From: Propionibacteriaceae bacterium
GTDB lineage: Bacteria > Actinomycetota > Actinomycetes > Propionibacteriales > Propionibacteriaceae
Direction: 5' to 3'
DNA length: 32,000 bases
Assembly: GCA_031256725.1 (NCBI GenBank)
Contig: JAIRQE010000018.1
Coordinates: 60,001-92,000, forward strand
A program made the position numbers and the translations under genes. A model generated the notes under the pieces. The model was not told where the DNA came from. It saw nothing but the letters and a program-made list of their open reading frames with translations, and did not search any database. Below are positions 20,121 to 28,068 of this stretch, one piece after another. How positions within the stretch are numbered: the first letter of the stretch is position 1; every line of letters begins with the position of its first letter.

Positions 20121-21179
20121 GTGGATATGATCTTTTGGTACATCCTTGGTGGTGTTATCGCTGCTTTTGTCGCAGCTACGGTTATCGTTGTCAGTTCCAA
20201 TCGTCGTTATCGGTTGGAAGCCGGTTCCAAGCCAGGTGAGCTAACAGAAACCAGTGAGGGTGCCCCGGGATCACGGCTTACTCGTTTACGGAAGAAACTG
20301 GCCTCCTCGAATAATGCTTTGGCGCGAGGGCTTGCAGATCTTCTCTCATCGGATCGAATCTCTGAGGAAACCTGGGAGGCTTTCGAAGCAACCCTGATAA
20401 CCTCGGATCTCGGGGTTGGGCCGACAACCGAATTAGTGGCGAGTTTGAAGTCCCGTCTGGCCTTGGAAGGCGTCTCAGAGCCAGAACAGGTCAAAGAGAT
20501 CCTTCGCGAAGAATTGGTGAACCTGGTGGATCCCTCCATGGATCGTAGCCTTGACCTCGACACTGAGGAAGGCCCAGCTGTCGTGATGATGGTGGGAGTT
20601 AATGGTACAGGGAAGACCACGACTGTGGGCAAGATAGCCAGGGATCTGGTTGCTTCGGGTGCACGTGTCCTGCTTGGGGCTGCTGATACCTTCCGGGCTG
20701 CTGCGGCCGATCAGCTTTCGACCTGGGGTGAACGTATCGGTGTTGAGACTATTCGAGGAAGTGAAGGGGCAGACCCAGCTTCGGTTGCCTTTGACGCTGT
20801 ACGTACAGCGAAAGAAAAGGGCATGGATGTTGTCCTCATCGACACCGCTGGGCGCCTCCATAACAAGTCCAATCTCATGGATGAACTTGGCAAGGTGAAG
20901 AGGGTTATCGAAAAGATTGCTCCCGTGAAAGAGACCCTGCTGGTTCTTGACGCTACCACTGGGCAAAATGGCTTAGCCCAGGCTCGTGTATTCGCTGAGG
21001 TTGTGGACATCACTGGGATTATCTTGACCAAGTTGGATGGCTCAGCCAAGGGCGGGATCGTCGTGGCCGTACAAAAGGAACTCAATGTACCCGTGAAGTT
21101 CATTGGTCTGGGGGAGGGTGCTGATGATCTGGCCCCCTTCGAGGCCGAGCAATTTGTGGATGGGTTGTTGGGTCAGTGA
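20121..21179 (+). CDS. ftsY: Signal recognition particle receptor FtsY
   Basis: An N-terminal hydrophobic anchor is followed by an NG domain with GVNGTGKTTT, DTAGR and TKLDGSAKGG. GTG 20121 is the track start; ATG 20127 is an alternative. Confidence 0.95.
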   Translation: MDMIFWYILGGVIAAFVAATVIVVSSNRRYRLEAGSKPGELTETSEGAPGSRLTRLRKKLASSNNALARGLADLLSSDRISEETWEAFEATLITSDLGVGPTTELVASLKSRLALEGVSEPEQVKEILREELVNLVDPSMDRSLDLDTEEGPAVVMMVGVNGTGKTTTVGKIARDLVASGARVLLGAADTFRAAAADQLSTWGERIGVETIRGSEGADPASVAFDAVRTAKEKGMDVVLIDTAGRLHNKSNLMDELGKVKRVIEKIAPVKETLLVLDATTGQNGLAQARVFAEVVDITGIILTKLDGSAKGGIVVAVQKELNVPVKFIGLGEGADDLAPFEAEQFVDGLLGQ

Positions 21180-21850
21180 GTGAGTTAGGCCAATCTCAAG
21201 ACACCAAGAACACTGGGGACTTTATCGTGGGGGGAGTCTTTGATGACTGCGATGTCCATATTCACCAGGCATTCGACAGTGTATTCCCTCAAATCCGTGA
21301 GATTTTAGCCCATGAGATCACCCACTCCACCTCAAGCTGGCATCTTGAACCCTTGTCAGATGAGGACTGGGACAGATGGACATTCGAACACACAGGTATT
21401 CCTGGGCACTATTGCCAACTGAGGAGAGGTTCGTTATGGGTTGCAATGAAAGAAGACCACGTTCTTGGCTTCGCCGGATGGGGCCCTTTTCGTACACCCG
21501 CAGGATATAACACCACCGCCGAAATCTCGGTCTTTGTTCGTGAGGATTCCCGAGGACGAGGACTGGGAAAGGCATTGCTGGACGGTGTCATCAGTCATGT
21601 CGAGCGGTTTTCTCAGCTGGAGCCGAATGAGCGGTGGATGATTCACCCTCATGTCTTGGTTGCTGCTATCTCAGCCGATAATGAGGCCTCCTTGTCACTC
21701 CACCTCTCACGCGGATTTGTTGAGGTCGGGCGAATGCCTCAGGTTGGGCGCAAGTTTGGGACATGGCTGGACTTGGTCCTCCTTCAACGTATTCTTAACG
21801 ATCAGTCTGGAAACGACCACTATGCGCGCACAGGTAGACTAGTTTCGTGA
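21176..21850 (+). CDS. GNAT N-acetyltransferase, phosphinothricin/methionine-sulfoximine acetyltransferase-like
   Basis: GTGA overlap with the ftsY stop. The core [19 protein letters not shown]....[47 protein letters not shown] matches the PAT-type GNAT pattern. About 60 aa of N-terminal extension are unexplained, so the true start may be internal. Confidence 0.8.
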   Translation: MSELGQSQDTKNTGDFIVGGVFDDCDVHIHQAFDSVFPQIREILAHEITHSTSSWHLEPLSDEDWDRWTFEHTGIPGHYCQLRRGSLWVAMKEDHVLGFAGWGPFRTPAGYNTTAEISVFVREDSRGRGLGKALLDGVISHVERFSQLEPNERWMIHPHVLVAAISADNEASLSLHLSRGFVEVGRMPQVGRKFGTWLDLVLLQRILNDQSGNDHYARTGRLVS

Positions 21851-22542
21851 GAATCACTCCCAGTATCCTCAATGCAAACTTCGCCCAACTCGGGGCGGAG
21901 ATTGCACGAGTACCCTCAGCAGATGCCATCCATATCGATGTGATGGACAACCACTTCGTACCCAATCTGACTATTGGGCTGCCTGTTGTGGAGTCTCTGC
22001 GAACTACGACTGACCAGATGCTGGACATTCACCTCATGATTGCTGACCCTGATCGGTGGGCGCCGGCCTATGCTGAAACTGGGGCTGAGTCCGTGACCTT
22101 CCACATGGAGGCCGCGAAGGCTCCTGTACGCCTGGCCCGTGAATTAAGGGCGAAGGGGGCTCGTGTTGGGGCTGCACTCAATCCGGCAACACCGCCCATG
22201 GCACTGAAGATGATCCTCGGCGAGATCGACATGGTGACCATCATGAGTGTTGAACCGGGTTTCGGAGGTCAAGCCTTCATGGATCTTGTACTACCGAAGG
22301 TCGCCGCAATTCGCCGGATGATCTCGGCGCAGAACCTAGACATCTGGGTTCAAATGGATGGAGGGATCTCCCTAGAAACCATTGAGCGCTGTGTGGAAGC
22401 TGGCGCTGACACCTTTGTTGCTGGAGCCGCGGTTTTCCGCGCCGAGGATCCCGACCACATGGTACGCGACTTGCGCACTCTTGCTGAGAAAACGACCCCA
22501 GGTTTGGGGGCCCATGGATGCGGATGTGGGGGACATCGATGA
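21847..22542 (+). CDS. rpe: Ribulose-phosphate 3-epimerase
   Basis: GTGA overlap with the GNAT stop. Motifs [31 protein letters not shown] and [10 protein letters not shown]. It has an unusual C-terminal tail [11 protein letters not shown]. Confidence 0.95.
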   Translation: MRITPSILNANFAQLGAEIARVPSADAIHIDVMDNHFVPNLTIGLPVVESLRTTTDQMLDIHLMIADPDRWAPAYAETGAESVTFHMEAAKAPVRLARELRAKGARVGAALNPATPPMALKMILGEIDMVTIMSVEPGFGGQAFMDLVLPKVAAIRRMISAQNLDIWVQMDGGISLETIERCVEAGADTFVAGAAVFRAEDPDHMVRDLRTLAEKTTPGLGAHGCGCGGHR

Positions 22543-23969
22543 AATATGTATCAACACGAGGCTCTGGCCCAATGTCCTTCACGGACATCCTCTTGGAGGG
22601 TCTTGCTCCTGACGGCGGGCTCTATGTGCCCCAGTCCTATCCTCAACTCTCTCTGGACGACTTCAATGCTCTGGGTGAGATCCTCGTCAACGAGGGGTAC
22701 GCACGCCTAGCAGCTCAGATTCTCGCACTCTTCATTGACGATATTCCCCTATGGGACCTTGAAGGGATCACGCGTCGGGCGTACACAAAAGAAAAGTTTG
22801 GTACAGACCTGATCGCTCCTGTGACGAAGATTGAGCGCAACCTGTGGCTGGCCCAGTTGTCTCAGGGCCCGACTGCGGCTTTCAAGGACATGGCTATGCA
22901 GGTCTTGGGTCAGTTCTTTGATTATGAACTGGCTCGCCGTGGTACGACGATGACCATCCTGGGTGCTACCTCGGGTGATACGGGGTCGGCGGCTGAGTTT
23001 GCCTTGCTGGATGCCTCACGGGTACAGGTCTTCATGCTGTCTCCCTTGGGGAGGATGACACCCTTCCAGCGTGGGCAGATGTACGGAATCAACTCTCCTC
23101 GTATCGTGAATATCACTGTGCCTGGGTCTTTTGATGATTGCCAGGATCTCGTCAAGGAGGTCAACTCGGATGCTGAGTTTAAGTCGACCTATTCTATTGG
23201 TGCGGTGAACTCCATCAACTGGGCGCGTTTGGTTTCCCAGGTTGTCTACTATGTGTCGAGTTGGTTCCAGGTGACTCAGGGGCGCGGCGAGGTTTCCTTC
23301 TCTGTACCTTCAGGTAACTTTGGGAATATCTGTGCTGGGCATGTGGCTCGGATGATGGGGCTGCCCATCAAAGAGTTGGTATGCGCCACGAATGAGAATA
23401 ACGTTTTGGCTGAGTTCTTCCGTACAGGTGTTTATCGTGTGCGCGCGTCCACGGAGACCTTCGTGACCTCGTCGCCATCAATGGATATCTCCAAGGCCTC
23501 CAACTTTGAACGCTTCTTCTACGATCTGGCTGGGCGGGATGCCGCAGAGATCCGCCATTTGTTTGGAGAGCAATTGGGCCACAAGGGTGTCATCGACATC
23601 CGAAAGAAGCCCTACGCCAAGGATCCCTATAAGGTGTACGGATTCCGTACGGGAGTCTCCACCCATGCTGATCGTGTGGAAACCATTGCTGACTTCTATC
23701 GACGCCCTGGGTACCTCATGGATCCCCATACTGCTGATGGTGTCATGGTGGGTCGTGAACTGGCTGGTGAGGAACCCATGATCGCCATGGAGACTGCACT
23801 TCCTGTGAAGTTTGGTTCTATCACCAAGGAAGCCATCGGCAAGGTACCCGAGATTCCGACGAGGTTCGCCCATGTTCTAGATGCCCCACAGCATACGGTT
23901 CTGTGCGAAAACGGGGCTGAGCAGTTGAAGAAGATTATCGAACAGCGCAGCGTCTTTCCACCTGAGTGA
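22539..23969 (+). CDS. thrC: Threonine synthase (long form)
   Basis: The ATG at 22539 overlaps the rpe stop (ATGA). The N-terminus is MKYVSTRG....[16 protein letters not shown]. The PLP-lysine motif is PTAAFKDMA and [11 protein letters not shown] is present. The track start at 22518 is an in-frame extension inside rpe. Confidence 0.93.
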   Translation: MKYVSTRGSGPMSFTDILLEGLAPDGGLYVPQSYPQLSLDDFNALGEILVNEGYARLAAQILALFIDDIPLWDLEGITRRAYTKEKFGTDLIAPVTKIERNLWLAQLSQGPTAAFKDMAMQVLGQFFDYELARRGTTMTILGATSGDTGSAAEFALLDASRVQVFMLSPLGRMTPFQRGQMYGINSPRIVNITVPGSFDDCQDLVKEVNSDAEFKSTYSIGAVNSINWARLVSQVVYYVSSWFQVTQGRGEVSFSVPSGNFGNICAGHVARMMGLPIKELVCATNENNVLAEFFRTGVYRVRASTETFVTSSPSMDISKASNFERFFYDLAGRDAAEIRHLFGEQLGHKGVIDIRKKPYAKDPYKVYGFRTGVSTHADRVETIADFYRRPGYLMDPHTADGVMVGRELAGEEPMIAMETALPVKFGSITKEAIGKVPEIPTRFAHVLDAPQHTVLCENGAEQLKKIIEQRSVFPPE

Positions 23970-24428
23970 TTGAGTTTCTTGTGAACCGGGCTCGGGAAGA
24001 TTCTGGGCTTAAGGATCGAGAGTCTGGGGTCCTAGCTCTTCTCACGTCAGCCATGGGGATGGATTCGGTGGTTGTGGTGTCGGCTCCTGAGGTACCTGCT
24101 GCAGGAGACTTCTTCAAAGCCGCCACCGCCATCTTCCAAGGTTAGGATGACCAGGGTCGTGCCTACATTGAATATACGGATACTGGCGTGGGTATAGGCT
24201 TACCGAGATTCGTGGCGCCTTCTCTCAGGCAATGATGATCCGTTCTGCGGATCTTCCTGAGTATTTTGTCGACCCCCTGGATCCTCCCAGTCGAAAGGCC
24301 TGGAGACCATCCAGATTGGACCTAGTAGAACCATCATATTCATGCTTTCTAAATATTGTAATGATGTGGTTATGCTGGTGAAGAAGTGGTAATGATGATC
24401 CACGAGATTGGCTCACCGCAAGGGTTGA

Positions 24429-24464
24429 ATGCATCAGTGATGCGCCCTCTATGCATCAGTGATG
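24429..24464. promoter_or_regulatory. Duplicated palindromic operator upstream of vapB
   Basis: ATGCATCAGTGATG occurs twice (24429-24442 and 24451-24464). Each copy contains the inverted repeat CATCA-G-TGATG, and the centres are 22 bp apart. The sites overlap a TAGACT -10-like box (24465-24470) that ends 6 nt before the vapB ATG. Confidence 0.45.
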
Positions 24465-24476
24465 TAGACTGGTTTT

Positions 24477-24710
24477 ATGCGTACTACTGTTCGACTTGAT
24501 GAGGATGTTCTTGCTGCTGTATCGATGTTGCAACGTGAGCGTCATCTGAGCCTGTCTGAGGCAGTCAATTCACTTGCACGAGCAGGTCAGCAACGCTCCA
24601 GTGCTCCACAACGCCCTTTTGTACAGCGGACCACCAAGCTTGGAATCACTGTCGATATAAGTAATACTGCTGAAGCGCTTGAGTATCTTGATGGGGTGGA
24701 TCATCAGTGA
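24477..24710 (+). CDS. vapB: Type II antitoxin, ribbon-helix-helix (CopG/VapB-like)
   Basis: 77 aa. The N-terminal MRTTVRLDEDVLAAV...LSLSEAVNSLAR is an RHH fold pattern. It overlaps the downstream PIN gene by 4 nt (GTGA). Confidence 0.85.
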   Translation: MRTTVRLDEDVLAAVSMLQRERHLSLSEAVNSLARAGQQRSSAPQRPFVQRTTKLGITVDISNTAEALEYLDGVDHQ

Positions 24711-25126
24711 TCGTTGATGCAAATGTCTTACTCTATAGCGTTGATGAATTATCACCATTCCACATCGAAGCTAGAGACTGGATGGAGGTAGCACTCAATG
24801 GTCCAACTCGTGTTGGATTACCGTGGGCATCTTTACTAGCTTTTCAGCGCATCAGTACACATCCTCGTGTCCCCAACCCGTTGACTCCACGGGAAGCCTG
24901 GACGTTCATTGAAGACTGGCTAGATGCTGAACAGGTGTGGATTCCAGTTCCTGGGTTGCGGCATTCTGAGATTATGCGAGAGTTGATCCTCGGCCAGGAT
25001 ATACGTGGAAACTTGGTTGCTGATGCCCATCTTGCTGCCCTAGCCATCGAACTTGGAGTGGGTGTTTGTTCTTTCGATTCAGACTTTGCTCGGTTCTCGA
25101 AACTCATGTGGGTGAGACCAGCTTAG
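24707..25126 (+). CDS. vapC: PIN-domain ribonuclease toxin VapC
   Basis: 139 aa. The acidic residues sit in PIN positions (IVDANVLLY, HIEARDW, VADAHLAALA, SFDSDF). It is coupled to the upstream RHH antitoxin. Confidence 0.9.
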   Translation: MIVDANVLLYSVDELSPFHIEARDWMEVALNGPTRVGLPWASLLAFQRISTHPRVPNPLTPREAWTFIEDWLDAEQVWIPVPGLRHSEIMRELILGQDIRGNLVADAHLAALAIELGVGVCSFDSDFARFSKLMWVRPA

Positions 25127-25166
25127 GAGAAGGAGACCGCCTTCGTGGTGAGTTCTAGTCCAATGT

Positions 25167-25193
25167 CATAAAACCAAATCTCGTGGTTTTATG
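25167..25193 (+). terminator. AU-rich hairpin downstream of vapC (possible terminator)
   Basis: Perfect 10-bp stem CATAAAACCA (25167-25176) / TGGTTTTATG (25184-25193) with a 7-nt loop, 41 nt after the vapC stop. The U-run lies inside the 3' arm and there is no separate U-tract. Confidence 0.3.
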
Positions 25194-25328
25194 GACTGAT
25201 CTTGGTCAGGATGGGTTCAATCCTGCAGCCAGACTGATGAGAGGGTTATCGCAACTCTATGTGGTAGTGGTGAAAGTTGGTTTACAGATGTTCTCGCTCT
25301 GCCCAACGCAGCGACATTGGCCGTTGGT

Positions 25329-25616
25329 TTAACCAATTCGCGAGATGGTGATTTCGCGGATTAGTCCACCGAGAACGGGATGTTTTTTTGGGTCAAGCCC
25401 GAGAGACTCTATCCGGGATTTGGACCTCCAGTCGACGAATCTATTACATGAAGGCAATGTCCTTGTCATAGAATCGACATTAGAATTAACGCGCTAGAAG
25501 GGTCCGCTGGTTGTGACCTAGTAAATAAGATTTATCATTCCGGCATTAGTACGCAGACCGTGGGGGCTTTCTTTGTGACATATACTATTGTCGTCACTGT
25601 GACCTGGATCTGGTTG
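25329..25616 (-). pseudogene. Relic of a DDE (rve-type) transposase C-terminal region
   Basis: A single minus-strand frame, interrupted by two in-frame stops, reads QPDPGHSDDNSICHKESPHGLRTNAGMINLIY*VTTSGPF*RVNSNVDSMTRTLPSCNRFVDWRSKSRIESLGLDPKKHPVLGGLIREITISRIG*. From memory this is collinear with IS3/IS481-type OrfB segments HSDNGSEF...L..NGI......PG.P..NG.vES.N..L..E and W...YN..R.HSSLG..tP. There is no intact N-terminal part and I identified no terminal inverted repeats. Confidence 0.4.
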
Positions 25617-25649
25617 TCAGTTGATCTCTAAACAAGTTGAGGAAGTGGT

Positions 25650-26342
25650 ATGAGTAAAAGCGGCAGGCCAAGCAGTCAGAAGGCCAAGGCATCAAGCAAA
25701 CTATCAGTAAGCAAACCATCAGTAAACGAAGCATCAGTTACAGATCGTAAAAGAGTTCTCTCTGTAGTGGTTATAAGCGTGGTGCTAGTTGTGGGAGTTG
25801 TACTTGCCCTGCTTCTTGTGGATCGAGATAAGGGAGTTGTCGGCCCAGGAGGATCCTCATTAACTGGATTTCTGGATATGACAATATCGGAACTGAACGA
25901 GGTCCTTGGAGCTACGCCTGAGTATGGGGATTATTTATATCTTGGTGCAGCGGTGCCCGTTTACTATGAATCGCTGCCTCTCACCCTTTATGCAATCGAT
26001 ACTGACGTTTCGGACGGTGCCGGTCCTATGACTGGCGATGAGCGGATATGCATCGCGGGTATGGAGTCTAAGGCGGGTAAGCGGTACACCCTCGACGGAA
26101 CCATTCCGGTTAGGACAACTCAGGAAGACATAGAAAGTACGGTGCCTGGTGGGATGTATTATGACCCCAATAACCCCACTGACTATGGAATTACTTTAGA
26201 GTTTGGTGGATTTACGTACGAGGGAGTTCTTGAGGGTGATCTCCAGGTACGGTATTCATGGTACTACAAACCATCCCCGCGTTCCGTCAATGATATGGTG
26301 ACGGTATGGTCCCAAAACTGCGTAGAAAAAGTCCTCGGATAA
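25650..26342 (+). CDS. Orphan membrane-anchored protein of unknown function
   Basis: GAGGAAG RBS 6 nt upstream. The 230-aa product has a Lys/Ser-rich N-terminal tail, one strongly hydrophobic helix (VLSVVVISVVLVVGVVLALLLV) and a C-terminal domain of about 170 aa with two Cys. I recognise no family motif. Its codon usage looks more AT-rich than the core genes. Confidence 0.7.
   Translation: MSKSGRPSSQKAKASSKLSVSKPSVNEASVTDRKRVLSVVVISVVLVVGVVLALLLVDRDKGVVGPGGSSLTGFLDMTISELNEVLGATPEYGDYLYLGAAVPVYYESLPLTLYAIDTDVSDGAGPMTGDERICIAGMESKAGKRYTLDGTIPVRTTQEDIESTVPGGMYYDPNNPTDYGITLEFGGFTYEGVLEGDLQVRYSWYYKPSPRSVNDMVTVWSQNCVEKVLG
25695..25739 (+). repeat. In-frame 15-bp tandem repeat (about 3 copies) in the N-terminal tail of the orphan gene
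   Basis: The copies are AGCAAACTATCAGTA (25695-25709), AGCAAACCATCAGTA (25710-25724) and the degenerate AACGAAGCATCAGTT (25725-25739). Together they encode SKLSV/SKPSV/NEASV. Confidence 0.7.
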
Positions 26343-26368
26343 TATCTTTCTACGGTAATGGCGACAAT

Positions 26369-27844
26369 TTAGAAAGCAAAGGCTCTTCTTTCGGCATTAT
26401 CCCAGTCGGATTGGGTGAGTCCTAGTACACCAGGGGTGTAGGTGTCGACTTGGCAGGAGGCTCGACTGACGTGGCGTAGGGCCATGAGGTCTCCTTGAAG
26501 TACACCGGTGGCTCTGGCTTGTACAAGGAGGCTGCCCAGGGCTGTACCTTCTGCAGGGCCGGCGATGACTTCTAGGCCGGTGGCTTCTGTTGTGAGTTGG
26601 TTGAGGAGACGGTTTCGGCATCCTCCACCAACGATATGGATGACTTCAACCTCGGTTTTAGCGAGGTTTTGGGCCTGGCGAATGACTCGACGATAGCCGA
26701 GGGCCAGGGAGTCGATGATGCAACGGGTGTACTCGACCGGAGTCTGGGGGATGGGTTGGCCTGTTTCCTGGGCCATGTCAGCAAGTCGGCTTGGCATATC
26801 TCCGGGGGGCATCAGTCTGGGGTCTTCCATATCGACTACGGTCACCAATGCGGGAAGATGGGCAGCGGCCTCAATGAGGGTTTGGAGGTCGACGTCAAGC
26901 CCCTCGGCTTCCCAATGTCGACGGGATTCCGTGAGTACCCATAGGCCCATGACGTTGCGGTGGTAAGTGAGAGTCGAATCTATTCCTAACTCGTTGGTGA
27001 AGTCTGCCTGGCGGGATTCTTCACTGAGGATGGGATGATCAAGCTCCAGACCAACCAGGGACCATGTACCTGAGGAGATGTAGGCAAAGTTTCGCGTGGT
27101 TGTAGGGATTGAGGCGATTGCAGAAGCCGTGTCATGGGAACCGACAGCGATAACGGAGGTATCGCAGTCAAGGATTTCTCGGTACAAGGATCCCACTACG
27201 GTTCCAGGCTCCACGAGTGGGGGGAGTACCCGTTCGCAATCAATGCCATAGCGTTGGTTCATGTGGGCAAGAGTGGTCGCAGACCATTGCCTGGCCCCAA
27301 CGTCAAGCAAACCTGAGGTCGAAGCAATCGTTATCTCGGCATTCTTTGCCCCGCACAGCCAATAGGTGAACAGGTCGGGGAGGAATAGACAGGTGTCCAC
27401 CTCGGGCCATCTGGGATCCCCAGCACTACTCGCGTACTGAAAAACTGTGTTGAAATCCATGACTTGCAAACCAGCTTGACCATAGAGTTTCTCGGGCCCG
27501 AAGTCGGCGAAGAAGGCTGCGGGGACACCTTGAGTTCTTGCATCCCTGTAATGGTGCGGCGGTTCGCTCAGGGTACCAGTTGCGTCGAGGCGGCCATAGT
27601 CTACACCCCAGGTGTCCACGGCGACACTGCGTAGGGGGCCAGATTCACCAGCAGCACGTATCCCTGTAATGATGTGGTTCCTGATGGCCTCAGCATCCCA
27701 GTGAAGATGGCCATCATTCTCGAAGGATGGTGTTGGGAATCGATGGACTTCTGTGAGGGTGAAACGGCCATCATTGAGACGGCCAAGGATGACTCGCCCA
27801 GAGCTTGCTCCAAGATCGGCGGCGGCGAAAAGATGATCAATCAT
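26369..27844 (-). CDS. rhaB: Rhamnulokinase (FGGY family)
   Basis: Collinear with E. coli RhaB motifs: DLGASSGRV, DTWGVDYG, YRDART, GSHDTASA, SSGTWSL, NVMGLWV, QPIPQTP, RCIIDSLAL, HIVGGGCRNRLLNQL and IAGPAEGTALG. The start is set at ATG 27844 (MIDHLFAAADLG), 7 nt after AAGGAAG. The track start at 27973 lies inside the promoter/operator region. Confidence 0.92.
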   Translation of the reverse strand: MIDHLFAAADLGASSGRVILGRLNDGRFTLTEVHRFPTPSFENDGHLHWDAEAIRNHIITGIRAAGESGPLRSVAVDTWGVDYGRLDATGTLSEPPHHYRDARTQGVPAAFFADFGPEKLYGQAGLQVMDFNTVFQYASSAGDPRWPEVDTCLFLPDLFTYWLCGAKNAEITIASTSGLLDVGARQWSATTLAHMNQRYGIDCERVLPPLVEPGTVVGSLYREILDCDTSVIAVGSHDTASAIASIPTTTRNFAYISSGTWSLVGLELDHPILSEESRQADFTNELGIDSTLTYHRNVMGLWVLTESRRHWEAEGLDVDLQTLIEAAAHLPALVTVVDMEDPRLMPPGDMPSRLADMAQETGQPIPQTPVEYTRCIIDSLALGYRRVIRQAQNLAKTEVEVIHIVGGGCRNRLLNQLTTEATGLEVIAGPAEGTALGSLLVQARATGVLQGDLMALRHVSRASCQVDTYTPGVLGLTQSDWDNAERRAFAF

Positions 27845-27924
27845 GGTGGAACTTCCTTGTTGTCGCACTAGTCGGAGCCTATCATCCATGGGATGAATCT
27901 GGGGTCCCAGAGGGCCTTTTTTCC

Positions 27925-27953
27925 TTGACTCATGTCTAGGAACATCATAGAAT
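27925..27953 (+). promoter_or_regulatory. Candidate sigma-70-type promoter for the 28069-32000 operon
   Basis: TTGACT (27925-27930), exactly 17 nt of spacer, then TAGAAT (27948-27953). The predicted TSS is near 27960, giving a leader of about 110 nt. Confidence 0.5.
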
Positions 27954-27973
27954 TGAAACGATTCAATTTTCAA
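27944..27973 (-). promoter_or_regulatory. Candidate promoter for rhaB, overlapping the opposite-strand promoter
   Basis: On the minus strand: TTGAAA (27973-27968), 18-nt spacer, TATGAT (27949-27944). The predicted TSS is near 27937, giving a leader of about 90 nt. Confidence 0.4.
27951..27968. promoter_or_regulatory. LacI/GalR-like palindromic operator shared by the divergent promoters
   Basis: AATTGAAACGATTCAATT has perfect 7-bp arms AATTGAA/TTCAATT around ACGA. The central AAACGATT core is like LacI/GalR-family operators. It overlaps the -10/TSS of the + promoter and fills the spacer of the - promoter. Confidence 0.5.
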
Positions 27974-28068
27974 GATTAGGAACGCGATGGTCGCCCTTTG
28001 GGATCTTCGGTACCAAACCCAGATCGACGCCGAAAGAAACGGCAGTACCCAGGCCCCGTGGACGTAGT

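Noticed and set aside
20109-20121. TAGAAT box ending 6 nt before the ftsY GTG, suggesting a leaderless ftsY transcript
   Set aside because: There is no convincing -35 element. The gene is only 28 nt downstream of smc, so read-through is likely. The evidence is a single hexamer.
24200-24434. Two overlapping minus-strand ORFs (67 and 69 aa) in the thrC-vapB spacer
   Set aside because: They have no RBS and no recognisable motifs. They overlap each other in different frames and run into the vapB operator. They are most likely chance ORFs in AT-richer DNA.
24400-25186. 10-bp inverted repeat CCACGAGATT (24400-24409) / AATCTCGTGG (25177-25186) flanking vapBC, as possible terminal inverted repeats of a mobile cassette
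   Set aside because: The match does not extend beyond 10 bp in either direction. A single 10-mer match between two 500-bp regions is not far from chance expectation. The right copy is simply part of the loop and 3' arm of the 25167-25193 hairpin.
25213-25223. GGGTTCAATCC, which resembles a tRNA T-loop and might mark a tRNA gene or a tRNA-derived att site
   Set aside because: The flanking bases cannot form a 5-bp T-stem (ATGGG vs CTGCA). No acceptor, D or anticodon arms could be built around it.
25695-25739. Short tandem repeat considered as a possible CRISPR or other non-coding array
   Set aside because: The units are contiguous 15-mers with no spacers. They are in frame inside a coding sequence, and no cas genes are nearby.
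27845-27973. 43-codon N-terminal extension of rhaB given by the ORF track (start at 27973)
   Set aside because: The extension has no similarity to RhaB. It begins inside the palindromic operator and -35 region. The internal ATG at 27844 has a good AAGGAAG RBS and yields the canonical N-terminus with DLGASSGRV.
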